A program made the translations under genes and the position numbers. Shown one piece after another: positions 12,151 to 26,800 of a stretch of DNA of 64,000 nt (position 1 is the stretch's first letter; each line of letters starts with the position of its first letter). A model generated the notes under the pieces. It was given only the letters and a program-made list of their open reading frames with translations. It made no database searches and was not told the DNA's origin. Source of the DNA: the human T2T-CHM13v2.0 reference genome, Homo sapiens; assembly GCF_009914755.1 (NCBI RefSeq), contig NC_060946.1; one strand, written 5' to 3'.

Positions 12151-15100
12151 CATTCCATACCACTCCGTTCTACTTTATTCCACTCCACTACACTAAATTC
12201 CATTATATCCAACTCCATTCCATGCCATTCCACTCCTCTCCTCTGCACTGCACTCCACAGCCCTCCATTCCACTCCATCCCATTCCATTCTGCTCCATTC
12301 CACTGCAATCTTCTCCACCCCACTCATCTCCACTTCATTCCATTCCATTCCATTCCATTCCATTCCATTCCATTCCATTCCATCTCATTGCATTCGTCTC
12401 CATTCAAGTCAACTCTACTTCACCCCACTCCTCTCCACTTCAGTCCACTCCATTCGATTCCATTCCATTCCACTGCATTCTGTTCTATTCCTTTCTTTCG
12501 AAAGTATCTCACTCTGTCACCCAGCCTGCAGCGCAGTGACACAATCTCAGCTCACATTTCATTTCATCATTCAATTGCATTCCATTCCACTCTATTCCAC
12601 TCTACTCCACTCCACTCCAATCCATTCCACTCCACTCGACTCCAGTCCATTCCACTCCACTCCTTTCCATGCCATCCCATTTCATTCCAGTCCTTTCCAC
12701 TCCACACCAATCCTCCCCACTCCATTCCATTCCACTCCTTTCCTTTCCATTCCTTTCTTTTGACAGGATCTCACTCTGTCACCAAGGCTTGTGTGCAGTG
12801 GCACAATCTCATCTCATATTTTACTTCACCATTTCATTCCATTCCATTCTATTACACTGCACTCCACTCTACTCCACTGAATTCTACTCCACTCCACTCC
12901 AATCGATTCGATTCCATTCCATTCCAATCCCTTCCATTCCACTCCTTTCTTTTGACAGGATCTCCCTCTGTCACACAGGCTGTAGCAAGTGGCACAATCT
13001 CAGCACACATTCCTTTTCACCATTTCATTCCATTCCATTTCATTCCATTCCATTCCATTACAATTCATTCCATTCCACTGCATTCCATTTCACTCTACTC
13101 CAGTCCACTCCACTCCATTTCATTCCGCCGCATTCCATTCCACTCTTTTCCACTCTTTTCCACTCCATTCCGCTCCATTCCATTTCATTCCACTCCATTC
13201 CATTCCACTCCACTCCACTCCATTCCACTCCACTCCATTCAATTTCATTCCATTCCACTCCATTCCATTCCCTTCCACTCCATTCCATTCCCTTCCCTTC
13301 CATTCCATTCCATTGCATTCCACTCCACTCCACTCCTTTCCTCTCCCTTCCATTACACTCCACTCAATTCCATACCATTCCATTCCTTACCATTCCATTC
13401 CTTACCATTCCATTCCACTCCACTCCATTCCATTCCATTGCAGTCCACTCCACTCCGCTCCACTCCACTCCACTTCACTGCACTCCTTTTCATTCCATTC
13501 CATTTCACTCCATTGCATTCCATTCCTTTCTTTCGACACTATATCACTGTCACTCAGGCTGGAGAGCAGTGGCACAGTCTCTGCTCACATTACATGACAA
13601 CTTTCCATTTCATTGCATTCTATTCCATTGCATTCCATTGCATTCCATTCAATTCCATTCTATTCCATTCCATTCCTTTCCACTCCACTCCACTCCACAA
13701 CATTCCATCCCATTCCACTCCACTCCACTCCACTACATTACCTCACATCCAATTCCATTCCACTCCATTCCACTCCTCTCCACTCCCCTTCTCTCTAAAC
13801 CACTCCATTCCACTCCATCCCATTCCATTCCACTGCATTCCACTGGACTCCCCTCCACCCCACTCCACTCCACTTTATTCCATTCCATTCCATTCCATCC
13901 CATTCCATTCCTCTCCATTCCACTCCACTCCACTCCGCTCAACTTCACTCCACTCTAGTCCACTCCATTCCAATCCATTCCATTCCACTGCATTCCATTC
14001 CATTCCTTTCTTTCGAGAGTATTTCACTCTGTCACCCAGCCTGGAGAGCAGTGGCACAATCTCAGCTGACATTTCATTTCACCATTCCATTCAATTCCGT
14101 TCCATTCAGTTCCATTCTGCTCTACTCCACTCCACTCCATTGCAATCCATTCCACTTCACTGCACTCCATTCCATTCCACTCCACTCCTTTCCCTTCCAT
14201 CCCATTCCATTGCACTCCTTTCCTCTCCAATCCACTCTACTCCACTCCATTCCATTCCATTGCACTCCATTAGATTGCATTCCTTTCGTTGGACAGGATC
14301 TCAGTCTGTCACCCAGGCAGGAGTGCAGTGGCACAATCTCAGCCCATTTTTCATTTCACCATTCCATTCCTTTCCATTCCACTGCACTCCACTCCAATCC
14401 ACTGAATTCCACTCCACTCCACTCCAACCTATTCCATTCCGTGCAATTCCAATCCCTTCCATTCCACTCCTTTCTTTTGACAAGATCTCCCTCTCTCACA
14501 CAGGGTGTAGTGCAGTGGGACAATCTCAGCACACATTTCTTTTCACCATTCCGTTCCACTCCATTTCATTCCTTTCCATTCCGTTTCATTCCATTCCATT
14601 CATTTCCATTGCATTCCATCCCACTCCATTCCATTCCATTCCACTCCATTCAATTCCATTCCACTCCATTCCATCCCATTCCACTCCACTCCATTCCATT
14701 CCACTCCAATCCATTCCACTCCACTCCTCTCCACTCCACTCCTCTCCACTCCACTCCATTCCTTTCCATTCCATTCCATTCCATTCCATTCCATTCCATT
14801 CCATTCCATACCATTCCTTTCCTTTCTTTCCAAAGTATTTCACTCTGTCACAGAGGCTAGAGTGAAGTGGCACAATCTCAGCTCACATTTCTTTTCACCA
14901 TTCAATTACATTCCACTCCATCCCATTCCAGTCGACTCCATTGCACTAAACTCCATTCCACTCCACTCAAATCCATTCCATTCCATTCCATAACATTTCA
15001 CTCCATTGCATTCCATAGCTTCCTTTCCACTGTATATCACTGTGTCACCCAGGCTTGAGTGCAGTGGCACTATCTCAGCTCATATTACATGTCAACTTTC

Positions 15101-17820
15101 CATTGCATTGCATTCTATTCCATTGCATTCAATTGCATTCCATTCCTTTCCATTACATCCTTTCCATTCCATTCCTTTCCCTTCCATTCCACTCCGTTCG
15201 ACTCCACTCCACTCCTCTACATTCCATTACATCCGATTCCATTCCACTACATTCCACTCCTCTCCATTCAACTGCACTCCACTCCACTCCATTCCACTCC
15301 ATCCCAATCCATTCCGCTCCATTCCACTGCACTTCCTTCCACCCCTCTCCACTCCACTTCATTCCATTCCATTCCATCCCATTCCATTCCCCTCCATTCC
15401 ACTCCACTCCACTTCTCTCCGGTCCACTCCTCTCCAGTTCACTCCATTCCACTCCACTCCACTCCACTCCAATCACTCCACTCCACTGCATTCCATTCCA
15501 TTCTTTTCTTTCAAGAGTATCTCACTCTGTCACCCAGCCTGGAGTGTAGTGGCACAATCTCAGCACACATTTCATTTCACCATTCCTTTCCATTCTATTC
15601 CATTCCATTCGATTCAACTCCACTCCACTCCAATGCATTCCACTCCTCTACATTCCCGTCCATTCCATTCCACTCCTTTCCATTCCACTCCTTTCCACTC
15701 CACTCCCCTCCAATCCACTCCATTCCATTCCACTCCATTCTATTCCTTTGTTTTGACGGGGTCTCACTCTGTCACCCAGGCTGGTGTGCAGTGGCACAAT
15801 CTCAGCTCATATTTCATTTCACCATTTCACTCCAGTCCATTCCATTCCACTGCACTCCACTCCACTCCACTCCACTCAATTCCATTCCACTCCACTCCAA
15901 TCCATTCCATTCCATTCCATTCCAATCCCTAACATTCCACTCCTTTCTTTTGACAGGATCTCCCTGTGTCACACAGGCTGCAGCACAGTGGCACAATCTC
16001 AGCACACATTTCTTTTCACCATTTCCTTCCATTCCATTCCATTCTATTCCTTTCCATTCCAATCCCTTCCACTGCACTCCACTCCACTGCTCTCCATTCC
16101 CCTCCACTCCACTCCATTCCACGCCATGCCACTCCATTCCACTCCACTCCACTCCATTCCATTCCACTCTACCCCACTCCACTCCTCTCCATTCCACTCC
16201 AATCCATCCCACTCCATCCCACTCCATTCCACTCCATGCCACTCCATTCCACTCCATTCCGTTCCACTCTATTCCACTCCACTCCACTCAATGCCACTCC
16301 CCTCCACTCCACTCCATTCCACTCCACTCCTCTCCACTCCACTCCACTCCCCTCCACTGCATTACATTCTACTCCACTCCACTCCCCTCCACTGCATTAC
16401 ATTCCACTCCATTCCATTCCATTCCTTTCTTTCCACAGGATTTCACTCTGTCACAGAAGCTGGAGTGCAGTATCACAATCTCAGCTCACATTTCTTTTCA
16501 CCATTCCATAGTATTCCATTCCATCCCATTCCATTCCACTCTATTTCATTCCACTACACTCCACTCCACTCCATTCCGTTCCACTCCACTCTGTTCCATT
16601 CCACTCCACCCCATTCCATTGGACTCCACTCCATTCCACCCCATTCCACTCCACTGCACTCCACTCCACCCCACTCCATTCCATTCCACTCCATTCCATT
16701 CCATTGCACTCCATTCCATTCCATTCCACTCCTTTCCATTCCATTCTACTCCACTCCATTCTGCTCTACTCCATTCAACTCTACTCCTCTCCACTCCACT
16801 GCATTCCATTCCATTCCACTCCATTCCATGCCATTCCATTCCACTCCACTCCTTTCCATTCCATTCCACTCCACTCCATTCCACTCCACTCCTTTCCATT
16901 CCATTCCACTCCACTCCATTCCACTCCACTCCATTCCACTCTACTCCCCTCCACTCCACTCCATTCCATTCCATTCCACTCCATTCCATACCATTCCATT
17001 CCACTCCATTCCAGTCCACTCCATTCCACTCTACTCCATTCCACTGCACTCCACTCCATTCCATTCCATTCTACTCCATTCCATTCCATTCCTTTATTTC
17101 TACTGGATCTCACTCTATCAACCAGACTGGAGTTCAGTGGCACAATCTTAGATCACATTTCATTTCACCATTCCATTCCATTCCATTCAATTCCATTCCA
17201 TACCACTCCGTTCCACTCCACTCCACTCCACTTAATTCCATTACATCCGATTCCTTTCCACTCCATTCCACTCCTCTCCTCTCCACTGCACTCCACTCCA
17301 TTCCACTCCATCCCATTCCAATCTGCTCCATTCCACTGCAATCCCCTCCACCCCACTCATCTCTATTTCATTCCATTCCATTCCATCCCATTCCAGTCCA
17401 CTCCACTTCACCCCACTCCATTTCACTGCAGTCCACTCCATTCCATTCCACTGCATTAAGTTCTATTCCTTTCTTTTGAAAGAATCTCACTCTGCCACCC
17501 AGCCTGGAGCGCAGTGACACAATCTCGGGTCACATTTCATTTCACGATTCCATTCCATTCCATTCCATTCTATTCCACTCCACTCCACTCTTCTCCACTC
17601 CACTCCAATCCATTCCACTCCACTCCACTCCATTCCAGTCCACTCCACTACACTCCATTCCATCCCTCGCCATTCCACTCATTTCCACTCCACTCCACTC
17701 CATTCCATTCCATTCCATTCCACTCCATTCCATTCCATTCCTTTCTTTTGACAGAATCTCACTCTGTCACCCAGGCTGGTGTGCAGTGGCACAGTCTCAT
17801 CTCACATTTCACTTCAGCAT
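5211..17820. repeat. 12.6-kb higher-order repeat, copy 1 (12610 bp)
   Basis: Unique landmarks (TTCAAAACAGTT, GCGGCCATTCCAAAG, CCAGGCCATTT, CTTCAGCAT) recur in order in all four copies. Identical artefact ORFs start at 6053, 18668, 31333 and 43968. Confidence 0.96.
12151..17820. repeat. HSat3 domain B within the 12.6-kb unit (16 Alu cassettes)
   Basis: Cassettes lie near 12500, 12762, 12953, 13535, 14015, 14293, 14478, 14830, 15028, 15514, 15755, 15952, 16432, 17100, 17478 and 17750. The domain recurs at ~24776-30480, ~37431-43110 and ~50066-55740. Confidence 0.9.
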
Positions 17821-20800
17821 TCCATTCCATTCCATTCCATTCCATTTCATTCCATTGAATTACGTTCCATTCGATTCCATTGCACTCGAGTCCATTCCAT
17901 TTGAGTGCATACCGTTCCAGTCCATTATATTGGAGTCCATTCCATTCCATTCCATTGGCTTTCATTCAACTCAATTTCATTCCATTCGAGTCTTTACATT
18001 CCATTCCATTCCATTCCATTCCATTCCATTCCATTCCATTCAAAACAGTTCCATTCGGATCTGTTCAATTCGATGCCATTCCTTTTGATTCCGTTCCATT
18101 AGATTCCATTCCATTTGATTCCATTCCATTCGAGTCCATTCCATTCCATTCCATAGGATTCCACTCAATTCCTGTCCTTTCCATTCGAATCCTTTCCAAT
18201 CCATTCCATTCCATTCAATTCCAATCCATTTTGTTCGATTCCATTCCGTGCCGTTCCATTACATTCGATTCGATTCCATTCCATTCCATTCCATTCCATT
18301 TCATTGCAATCCATTCCATTCCATTCCATTCCATTCCATCCATTCCATTCTGTTCTTGTCCATTCCATTCCATTCCATGCTATTCCATTCCATTCGAATG
18401 CATTCCATTCCATTCCATTTCGTTGCATTCTATTCAATAGCATTCCTTTCGATTCCATTCCATTCAATTCCATTCCATTCCATTCTCTTCGAGTCCATTC
18501 CATTCCATTCCATTCCATGCTATTCCATTCCATTCCATTCCATTCCATTGCATTCCATTCCATTCCAATCCATTCCATTCCATTCAAGTTCTTGCCATTC
18601 CTGTCCATTCCATTTGAGTCCATTCCAATCCACTACAATCCATTTGATTCCATTCCATTGAATTGCATTGCATTCGAGACTGTTCCATTCTAGTCCATTC
18701 CTTTTGATTCCATTCCATTCCATTCCATTCCTTTCGAATCCATTCCTTTCGAGTCCTTTCCATTCCAGTCCATTCCTTTCGAGTCCATTCCATTGCAGTC
18801 CTTTCCCTTCCAGTCCATTCCATTCCTTTCCACTCCATTCGCTTCCATTCCATTCGATTCCATTCCATTCGACTGCATTTCATTTTAATCCATTCCATTG
18901 GAGACCATTCCATTTGAGTCCATTCCATTTAAGACCATTCAAGTCCATTCCATTTGAATGCATTCCATTCGAGTCCATTCCATTCGAGTCCAGTCTGTTC
19001 CTGTTCATTGCATTCAATTACTTTCCATTCCATTCCATTGCATTCCATTCTATTCCATTCCATTCCATTCTTTTCCATTCCATTCCCTTCCACTCGAGAC
19101 CATTCCATTCCAGTCCATTCCATTCGTGTCCATTCCATTCCTGTCCATTCCATTCGATTCCATCCCATTCGACTCCATTCCATTCGATTCCATTCTATTC
19201 AAGTGCATTGTATTCGCGGCCATTCCAAAGTAGTCCATTACATTCGAGTCCGATAGATTCCATTCTATTTGATTGCATTCCATTCGATTCCTTTCCAATC
19301 GATTGCATTCCATTCGAGTCCATTCCAATGGATTTCATTCCATTCAAGTCCATTCCATACGAGTCCATTGCATTCCAGTCCATTGCATTCGATTCCATTC
19401 CATTCCAGTCCATTACATTCGATTCCATTCCATTCCATTCTACTCCATTCCTTTCCATTCCTTTCCTTTCCATTCCATTTGAGTCCATTCCCTTCGAGTC
19501 CGTGCCATTTCATTCTATTATATTCGATTCCATTCCATTCCATTCCATTCCGTTCGAGTCCATTCCGTTCGAGTCCATTCCATTCAAGTCTATTATATTT
19601 GAGTCCATTCCTTCCATTCCATTCTACGTGATTCCATTCCATTCCAGTCCACTAAATTCGAATTAATTCCGTTCCATTGCACTTCATTCCATCTGATTCT
19701 ATTCCATTCGATTCCATTCCGTTTGATTCCAATCCTTGCCATTCCATGCCATTCGATTCCATTCCATTCCATTCCTTTCCATTCCATTCCATTCCATTCT
19801 ATTCGAGACCGTTCCATTCAAGTCCTTTCAATTTGTTCCATTCCACTTTATTCCATTCCTTTTGATTCCATTCTATTCTATTATATTCCATTCGAGTCCA
19901 TTCCATTTGACTCTATTCCATTCGATTCCAATCCATGCGAGTCTATTTCATTGGAGACAGTTCCATTCCAGTCCATCCATTTCGAGTCCATTCCTTTCCA
20001 GTTCAGTCCATTCCATTCCATTCTTTTCCCTTCCATTTGAGGCCATTCCCGTCCTTTCCATTCATTGTGATTCCATTCCGTTGAATTCCATTCCATTTGA
20101 TTCTATTCCATTTGACTCCATTCCATTTGAGTCTATTCCATTCCAGTCCATTAATGCGAGTACATTCCATTCCATTCCAGTCCATTCCATCGAGTCCATA
20201 TCATTCCATTCCATTCCATTCCATTCAATTCCATTCCGTTCCATTCCATTCGATTCCATTCCATTCGATTGCATTCCATTTTATTCCATTCCTTTTGAAT
20301 CCATTCCATTCCAGTCCATTCCAATCGAGTCCATTCCATTCGATTCTATTGCATTCCAGTCCATTCCTTTTGATTCCATTCAATTTGATTCCATTCCATT
20401 CGAGTCCCTTCCTTTCGAGTCCATTCGATTACAGTCCATTCCATTCCACTCCATTCCTTTCCATTGCATTCCATTCCATCCGATTGTATTCCATTCGAGT
20501 CAATTCCATTCAAGTCTATTCCCTTCTAGTCATTTACATTCGAGTACATTCCAATCCTATCCATTCCATTTTGTTCCATTCCATTCGAGTCCATTCCATT
20601 CTAGTCCATTCCAATACAATCCATTACAATCGAGTCCATCCCATTATTTACGATTCCATTACATTACATTGCATTTGAATCCATTCCATTTGACTCCATT
20701 CTTTCGAGTCCATTCCATTGCAGTTCATTCCATTAGATTCCATCCCATTCGAGTCCATCCTACTCGATTGCATTCCATTTGAGACCATTTCATTTAATTC

Positions 20801-23800
20801 CATTCCATTCGAGTCCATTCCATTCAAATCCTTTTCATTCAAGTCCATTTCATTCAAGTACATTGCATTCCAGTCCTTTATATTCGAGTATATTCCATTC
20901 CATTCGATTCCATTCCATTCCATTCCATTCTATTCTATTTGATTCTATTCCATTTGACTCCATTCCATGTGAGTCCATTTGATTCCAGTCCTTTCCATTA
21001 CAGTCCTTTACATTTGAGTCCATTCCATTCCATTCCACTCCGTTTGATTCCATTCCATTTGATTGCATTTCATTCCCTTCGAATCCATTCCATTCGATTC
21101 CATTCCATTCGATTGCATTCCTTTCAAGTCCATTCCATTGGAGTCCATTCCATTAGAGTCCATTCCATTTCAGTCCATTCCATTTGATTCGATTCCAATC
21201 CATTCCATTCTCTTCCATTCCATTCCATGTGAAACCGTTCCCTTCCAGTCCATTTCATTCAATTCCTTTCCATTAGATTCCATTCCATTCGATTGCATTC
21301 CATTCGAGTCCATTCCTTTCGAGTACATTCCATTCGAATCCATTCCATTGGAGTCCATAACATTCCATTCCATTACATTAGAGTCCATTCCATTCCATTC
21401 CATTCTATTCTGTTCCATTGCATTCCATTGTATTTGATTCCATTCCATTCGGGTCCATTCCATTCGAGCCCATTCCATTCCATTCCATTCGAGTATATTC
21501 CACCCCATTCCATTCCAGTCCAGTCCATTCCATTCGGTCCCATTCTAATTTATTCCATTAAATTCGATTTGATTCCATTCCATTCCATTCCATTCCAGTC
21601 CTTTCTATTGCATTTCATTCCATTCCATTCCATTCTGTACGATTCCATTCCATTTCATTCCATTCCATTCAATTCATTTACATTCTACTCGATTCCATTC
21701 CATTCAATTTGATTCCATTGCATTCCACTCCATTCCATTCCATTGCGTTCCTTTCCATTCCTTTTAATTGCATTCAATTCAATTCCATTCCATTCCAGTC
21801 CATTCCATTCCATTCCATTCCATTGCAATCAATTCCATTCCATTCAACTCCAATCCTTTGGGGTCCATTCCATTCCATTCCATTCCATTGCATTCAATTC
21901 CATTTCATTCGACTCCAGTCCTTTGGAGTCCATTCCATTCCATTCCATTCCACTCCACTTCACTAAACTCCATTCCATCCACTCCACTTCCTTCCATTCC
22001 ACTCCTTTGCAATCCATTAACTCCATTCCATTCTATTCCATTCCATTCCGTTCCATTCCATTGCATTACATTCCACTCCACTCCATTACACTCCATTCCG
22101 TTCAATTCCACTCTTTCCCCTTCCATTACATTTGACTCCATTAAACTCCACTCCCCTCCTCTATATTCAATTCCATTCCACCCCATTCCATTCCAGTCTA
22201 TTACACTCCACTCCACTTCACCGCAATCCGTTCGATTCCATTTGGTGCCGTTCGACTCCTTTCAATTTGATTCCATTCCATTTGATTCCATTCCATTCGA
22301 TTCCATTCCATTTAATTTGATTCCACTCCATTTGATTCCATTCCATTCGATCCGTTTTCATTTGATTTCATTCCATTCGATTCTGTTACATTCCATTCCA
22401 TTCCATTGGATTCCATTCCGTTCCATTCCATTCCATTCCTTTCCAGTCCATTCCAATCGATTCCATTCAATTGAATTCATTTCCACTAGATTCCATTCCG
22501 TTCAAGTCCATTTCATTCGAGTCCATTCAATTCCAGTCCATTCCATTCGAGTTCATTCCATTTGATTCCATTCCTTTCCATTATATTACATTACATTACA
22601 TTCTATTATATTTGATTCCAATCCATTCGAGTCGATTCCATTCCAGTCTATTCCATTCGATTCCATTCTATTCAATTCCATTCCGTTTGATTCCATTCCA
22701 TTCCATTCCATTCTATTGCATTCCATTCGAGTTCATTCCATTCCAATCCGTTCCATTCGAGTCCACTCAATTCCGGTCCATTACGTTTGGGTCCATTCCA
22801 TTTCATTCCATTCTATTCCATTCCATTCCATTCCATTCTGTCCGATTCCATTCCATTAGATTACAATCCATTAGATTCTTTGCCATTTATCTCCATTCCA
22901 CTCAATTACATTCCATTCGATTCCATTCCATTCCATTCCACACCATTCCATTCCATTCGATTGCATTCCTTTCTATTCCATTCCATTCGATTCTATTGCC
23001 ATCGATTCCATTCCTTTCGATTCCTTTCCTTTTTAGTCCATTCTATTCGAGTCCATTCCATTCGAGTCCATTCTATTCCAGTGCATTCCATTCGAGTCCA
23101 TTCCATTCCATTTCATTCCATTAGATTCCATTCCATTCAAGACTTCCACTCGATTTCATTCCTTTTGATTCCATTCCATTTCATTCCATTCCATTGCATT
23201 CCATTCGATTGCATTCCATTCGATTCCATTCCGTTAAACTAGATTTCATTCCATTCTATTCCATTCTATTCAATTCCTTTCCTTTCGAGTCCTTTCCATT
23301 CGAGTCCATTCTAATTAATTCCATTTCCTTCCTGTCCATTCCATTCGATTCCTTTCCATTCGATTCCATTCCATTTGATTCCATCCCGATCGATTCCATT
23401 CTGTTCGATTACATTCAATTCGAGTCCATCCAATTGAATCCATTCCATTTCAGTCCATTCTATTAGAATCCATTCTATTCGTGTCCATTCCATTCCATTC
23501 CATTTTATTCCATTCGAGTCCCTTCCATTCAATTCCATTCCCTTTGAATCTGTTCCATTTCAGTCCATTCCATTCGAGTCCATTCCATTCCAGTACATTT
23601 CATTCGAGTCCATTCCATTCGATTCCATTCTATTCCTTTCCATTCCATTCGATTCCATTCCATTCGATTAGATTCCATTTGGGACCGTTCTATTACACTC
23701 CATTCCATTAGAGTCCATTCCATTCCAGTCTATTCCATTGCATTCCACTCCATTCAATTCTATTCCATTCAATTCCAATTCATTCCAATCCATTCAATTC

Positions 23801-26800
23801 CAGTCCATTCCATTCCTTTCCTTTGCATTCCATTCTGTTCAAATCCATTCCACTTCATTCCATTCCATTCCATTCCATTCCAATTCATTCCAGTCCATTC
23901 CATTCCAGTCCATTCCATTCCTTTCCTTTCCATTCTATTCCGTTCAAATCCATTCCATTCCATTCCATTCCATTCCACTCCATTCCATGCCATTCCAGTC
24001 CATTCCTTTTGAGTCCATTCTGTTCAAATCTATTCCATTCCGTTCCATTCCGTTCCATTCCATGCCATTAGATTCTATTCCATTCCATTGTGTTACATTC
24101 CATTCCATTCCATTCCATTTGAATCCATTCCATTATATTCCATTCCGTTCCCTTCCCTTCCATTCGATTCCATTCCATTTGATTTGATTCGATTCCTTTC
24201 CATTCTAATCCATTCCATTCCATTAAATTCTATTCCATTCCATTCTATTCCATTTCATTCGATTCCATTTCATTCGATTCCATTTCATTCAATTCCATTC
24301 CATTCGATTCCATTCCATCCAGGCCATTTCATTCGAGTCCGTTCCATTCCATTAAATTCTATTCCATTCTATTCCACTCCATTCCATTCCATTCTTTTCC
24401 ATTCCATTCCTTTCCTTTCAGGACCATTCCATTCCTGTCCATTCCATTCGAATCCATTCCATTCCATTTGATTCCATTCTGTTCGATTCCTTTCCATTCG
24501 ATTGCATTCCATTCCAGTCCATTCCATTCGAGTCCATTCCATTTCTATTCCTTTCATTTCCATTCTTTTCCATTCGAGTCCATTCCATTCCACTCGATTC
24601 TATTCCATTTGATTCCATTGCATTCCAGACCGTTCCATTCCGTTCCATTCAATTCGAGTCCATTCCATTCGATTACATTTCATTAGATTCCATTTCATTC
24701 GATTCCATTCCATTCGAGTCCATTCCATTCCATTCCAGTCTATTCCATTCGAATCCATTCTGTTCTATTCCATTCCATTCCATACCACTCCGTTCTACTT
24801 TATTCCACTCCACTACACTAAATTCCATTATATCCAACTCCATTCCATGCCATTCCACTCCTCTCCTCTGCACTGCACTCCACAGCCCTCCATTCCACTC
24901 CATCCCATTCCATTCTGCTCCATTCCACTGCAATCTTCTCCACCCCACTCATCTCCACTTCATTCCATTCCATTCCATTCCATTCCATTCCATTCCATTC
25001 CATCTCATTGCATTCGTCTCCATTCAAGTCAACTCTACTTCACCCCACTCCTCTCCACTTCAGTCCACTCCATTCGATTCCATTCCATTCCACTGCATTC
25101 TGTTCTATTCCTTTCTTTCGAAAGTATCTCACTCTGTCACCCAGCCTGCAGCGCAGTGACACAATCTCAGCTCACATTTCATTTCATCATTCAATTGCAT
25201 TCCATTCCACTCTATTCCACTCTACTCCACTCCACTCCAATCCATTCCACTCCACTCGACTCCAGTCCATTCCACTCCACTCCTTTCCATGCCATCCCAT
25301 TTCATTCCAGTCCTTTCCACTCCACACCAATCCTCCCCACTCCATTCCATTCCACTCCTTTCCTTTCCATTCCTTTCTTTTGACAGGATCTCACTCTGTC
25401 ACCAAGGCTTGTGTGCAGTGGCACAATCTCATCTCATATTTTACTTCACCATTTCATTCCATTCCATTCTATTACACTGCACTCCACTCTACTCCACTGA
25501 ATTCTACTCCACTCCACTCCAATCGATTCGATTCCATTCCATTCCAATCCCTTCCATTCCACTCCTTTCTTTTGACAGGATCTCCCTCTGTCACACAGGC
25601 TGTAGCAAGTGGCACAATCTCAGCACACATTCCTTTTCACCATTTCATTCCATTCCATTTCATTCCATTCCATTCCATTACAATTCATTCCATTCCACTG
25701 CATTCCATTTCACTCTACTCCAGTCCACTCCACTCCATTTCATTCCGCCGCATTCCATTCCACTCTTTTCCACTCTTTTCCACTCCATTCCGCTCCATTC
25801 CATTTCATTCCACTCCATTCCATTCCACTCCACTCCACTCCATTCCACTCCACTCCATTCAATTTCATTCCATTCCACTCCATTCCATTCCCTTCCACTC
25901 CATTCCATTCCCTTCCCTTCCATTCCATTCCATTGCATTCCACTCCACTCCACTCCTTTCCTCTCCCTTCCATTACACTCCACTCAATTCCATACCATTC
26001 CATTCCTTACCATTCCATTCCTTACCATTCCATTCCACTCCACTCCATTCCATTCCATTGCAGTCCACTCCACTCCGCTCCACTCCACTCCACTTCACTG
26101 CACTCCTTTTCACTCCATTCCATTTCACTCCATTGCATTCCATTCCTTTCTTTCGACACTATATCACTGTCACTCAGGCTGGAGAGCAGTGGCACAGTCT
26201 CTGCTCACATTACATGACAACTTTCCATTTCATTGCATTCTATTCCATTGCATTCCATTGCATTCCATTCAATTCCATTCTATTCCATTCCATTCCTTTC
26301 CACTCCACTCCACTCCACAACATTCCATCCCATTCCACTCCACTCCACTCCACTACATTACCTCACATCCAATTCCATTCCACTCCATTCCACTCCTCTC
26401 CACTCCCCTTCTCTCTAAACCACTCCATTCCACTCCATCCCATTCCATTCCACTGCATTCCACTGGACTCCCCTCCACCCCACTCCACTCCACTTTATTC
26501 CATTCCATTCCATTCCATCCCATTCCATTCCTCTCCATTCCACTCCACTCCACTCCGCTCAACTTCACTCCACTCTAGTCCACTCCATTCCAATCCATTC
26601 CATTCCACTGCATTCCATTCCATTCCTTTCTTTCGAGAGTATTTCACTCTGTCACCCAGCCTGGAGAGCAGTGGCACAATCTCAGCTGACATTTCATTTC
26701 ACCATTCCATTCAATTCCGTTCCATTCAGTTCCATTCTGCTCTACTCCACTCCACTCCATTGCAATCCATTCCACTTCACTGCACTCCATTCCATTCCAC

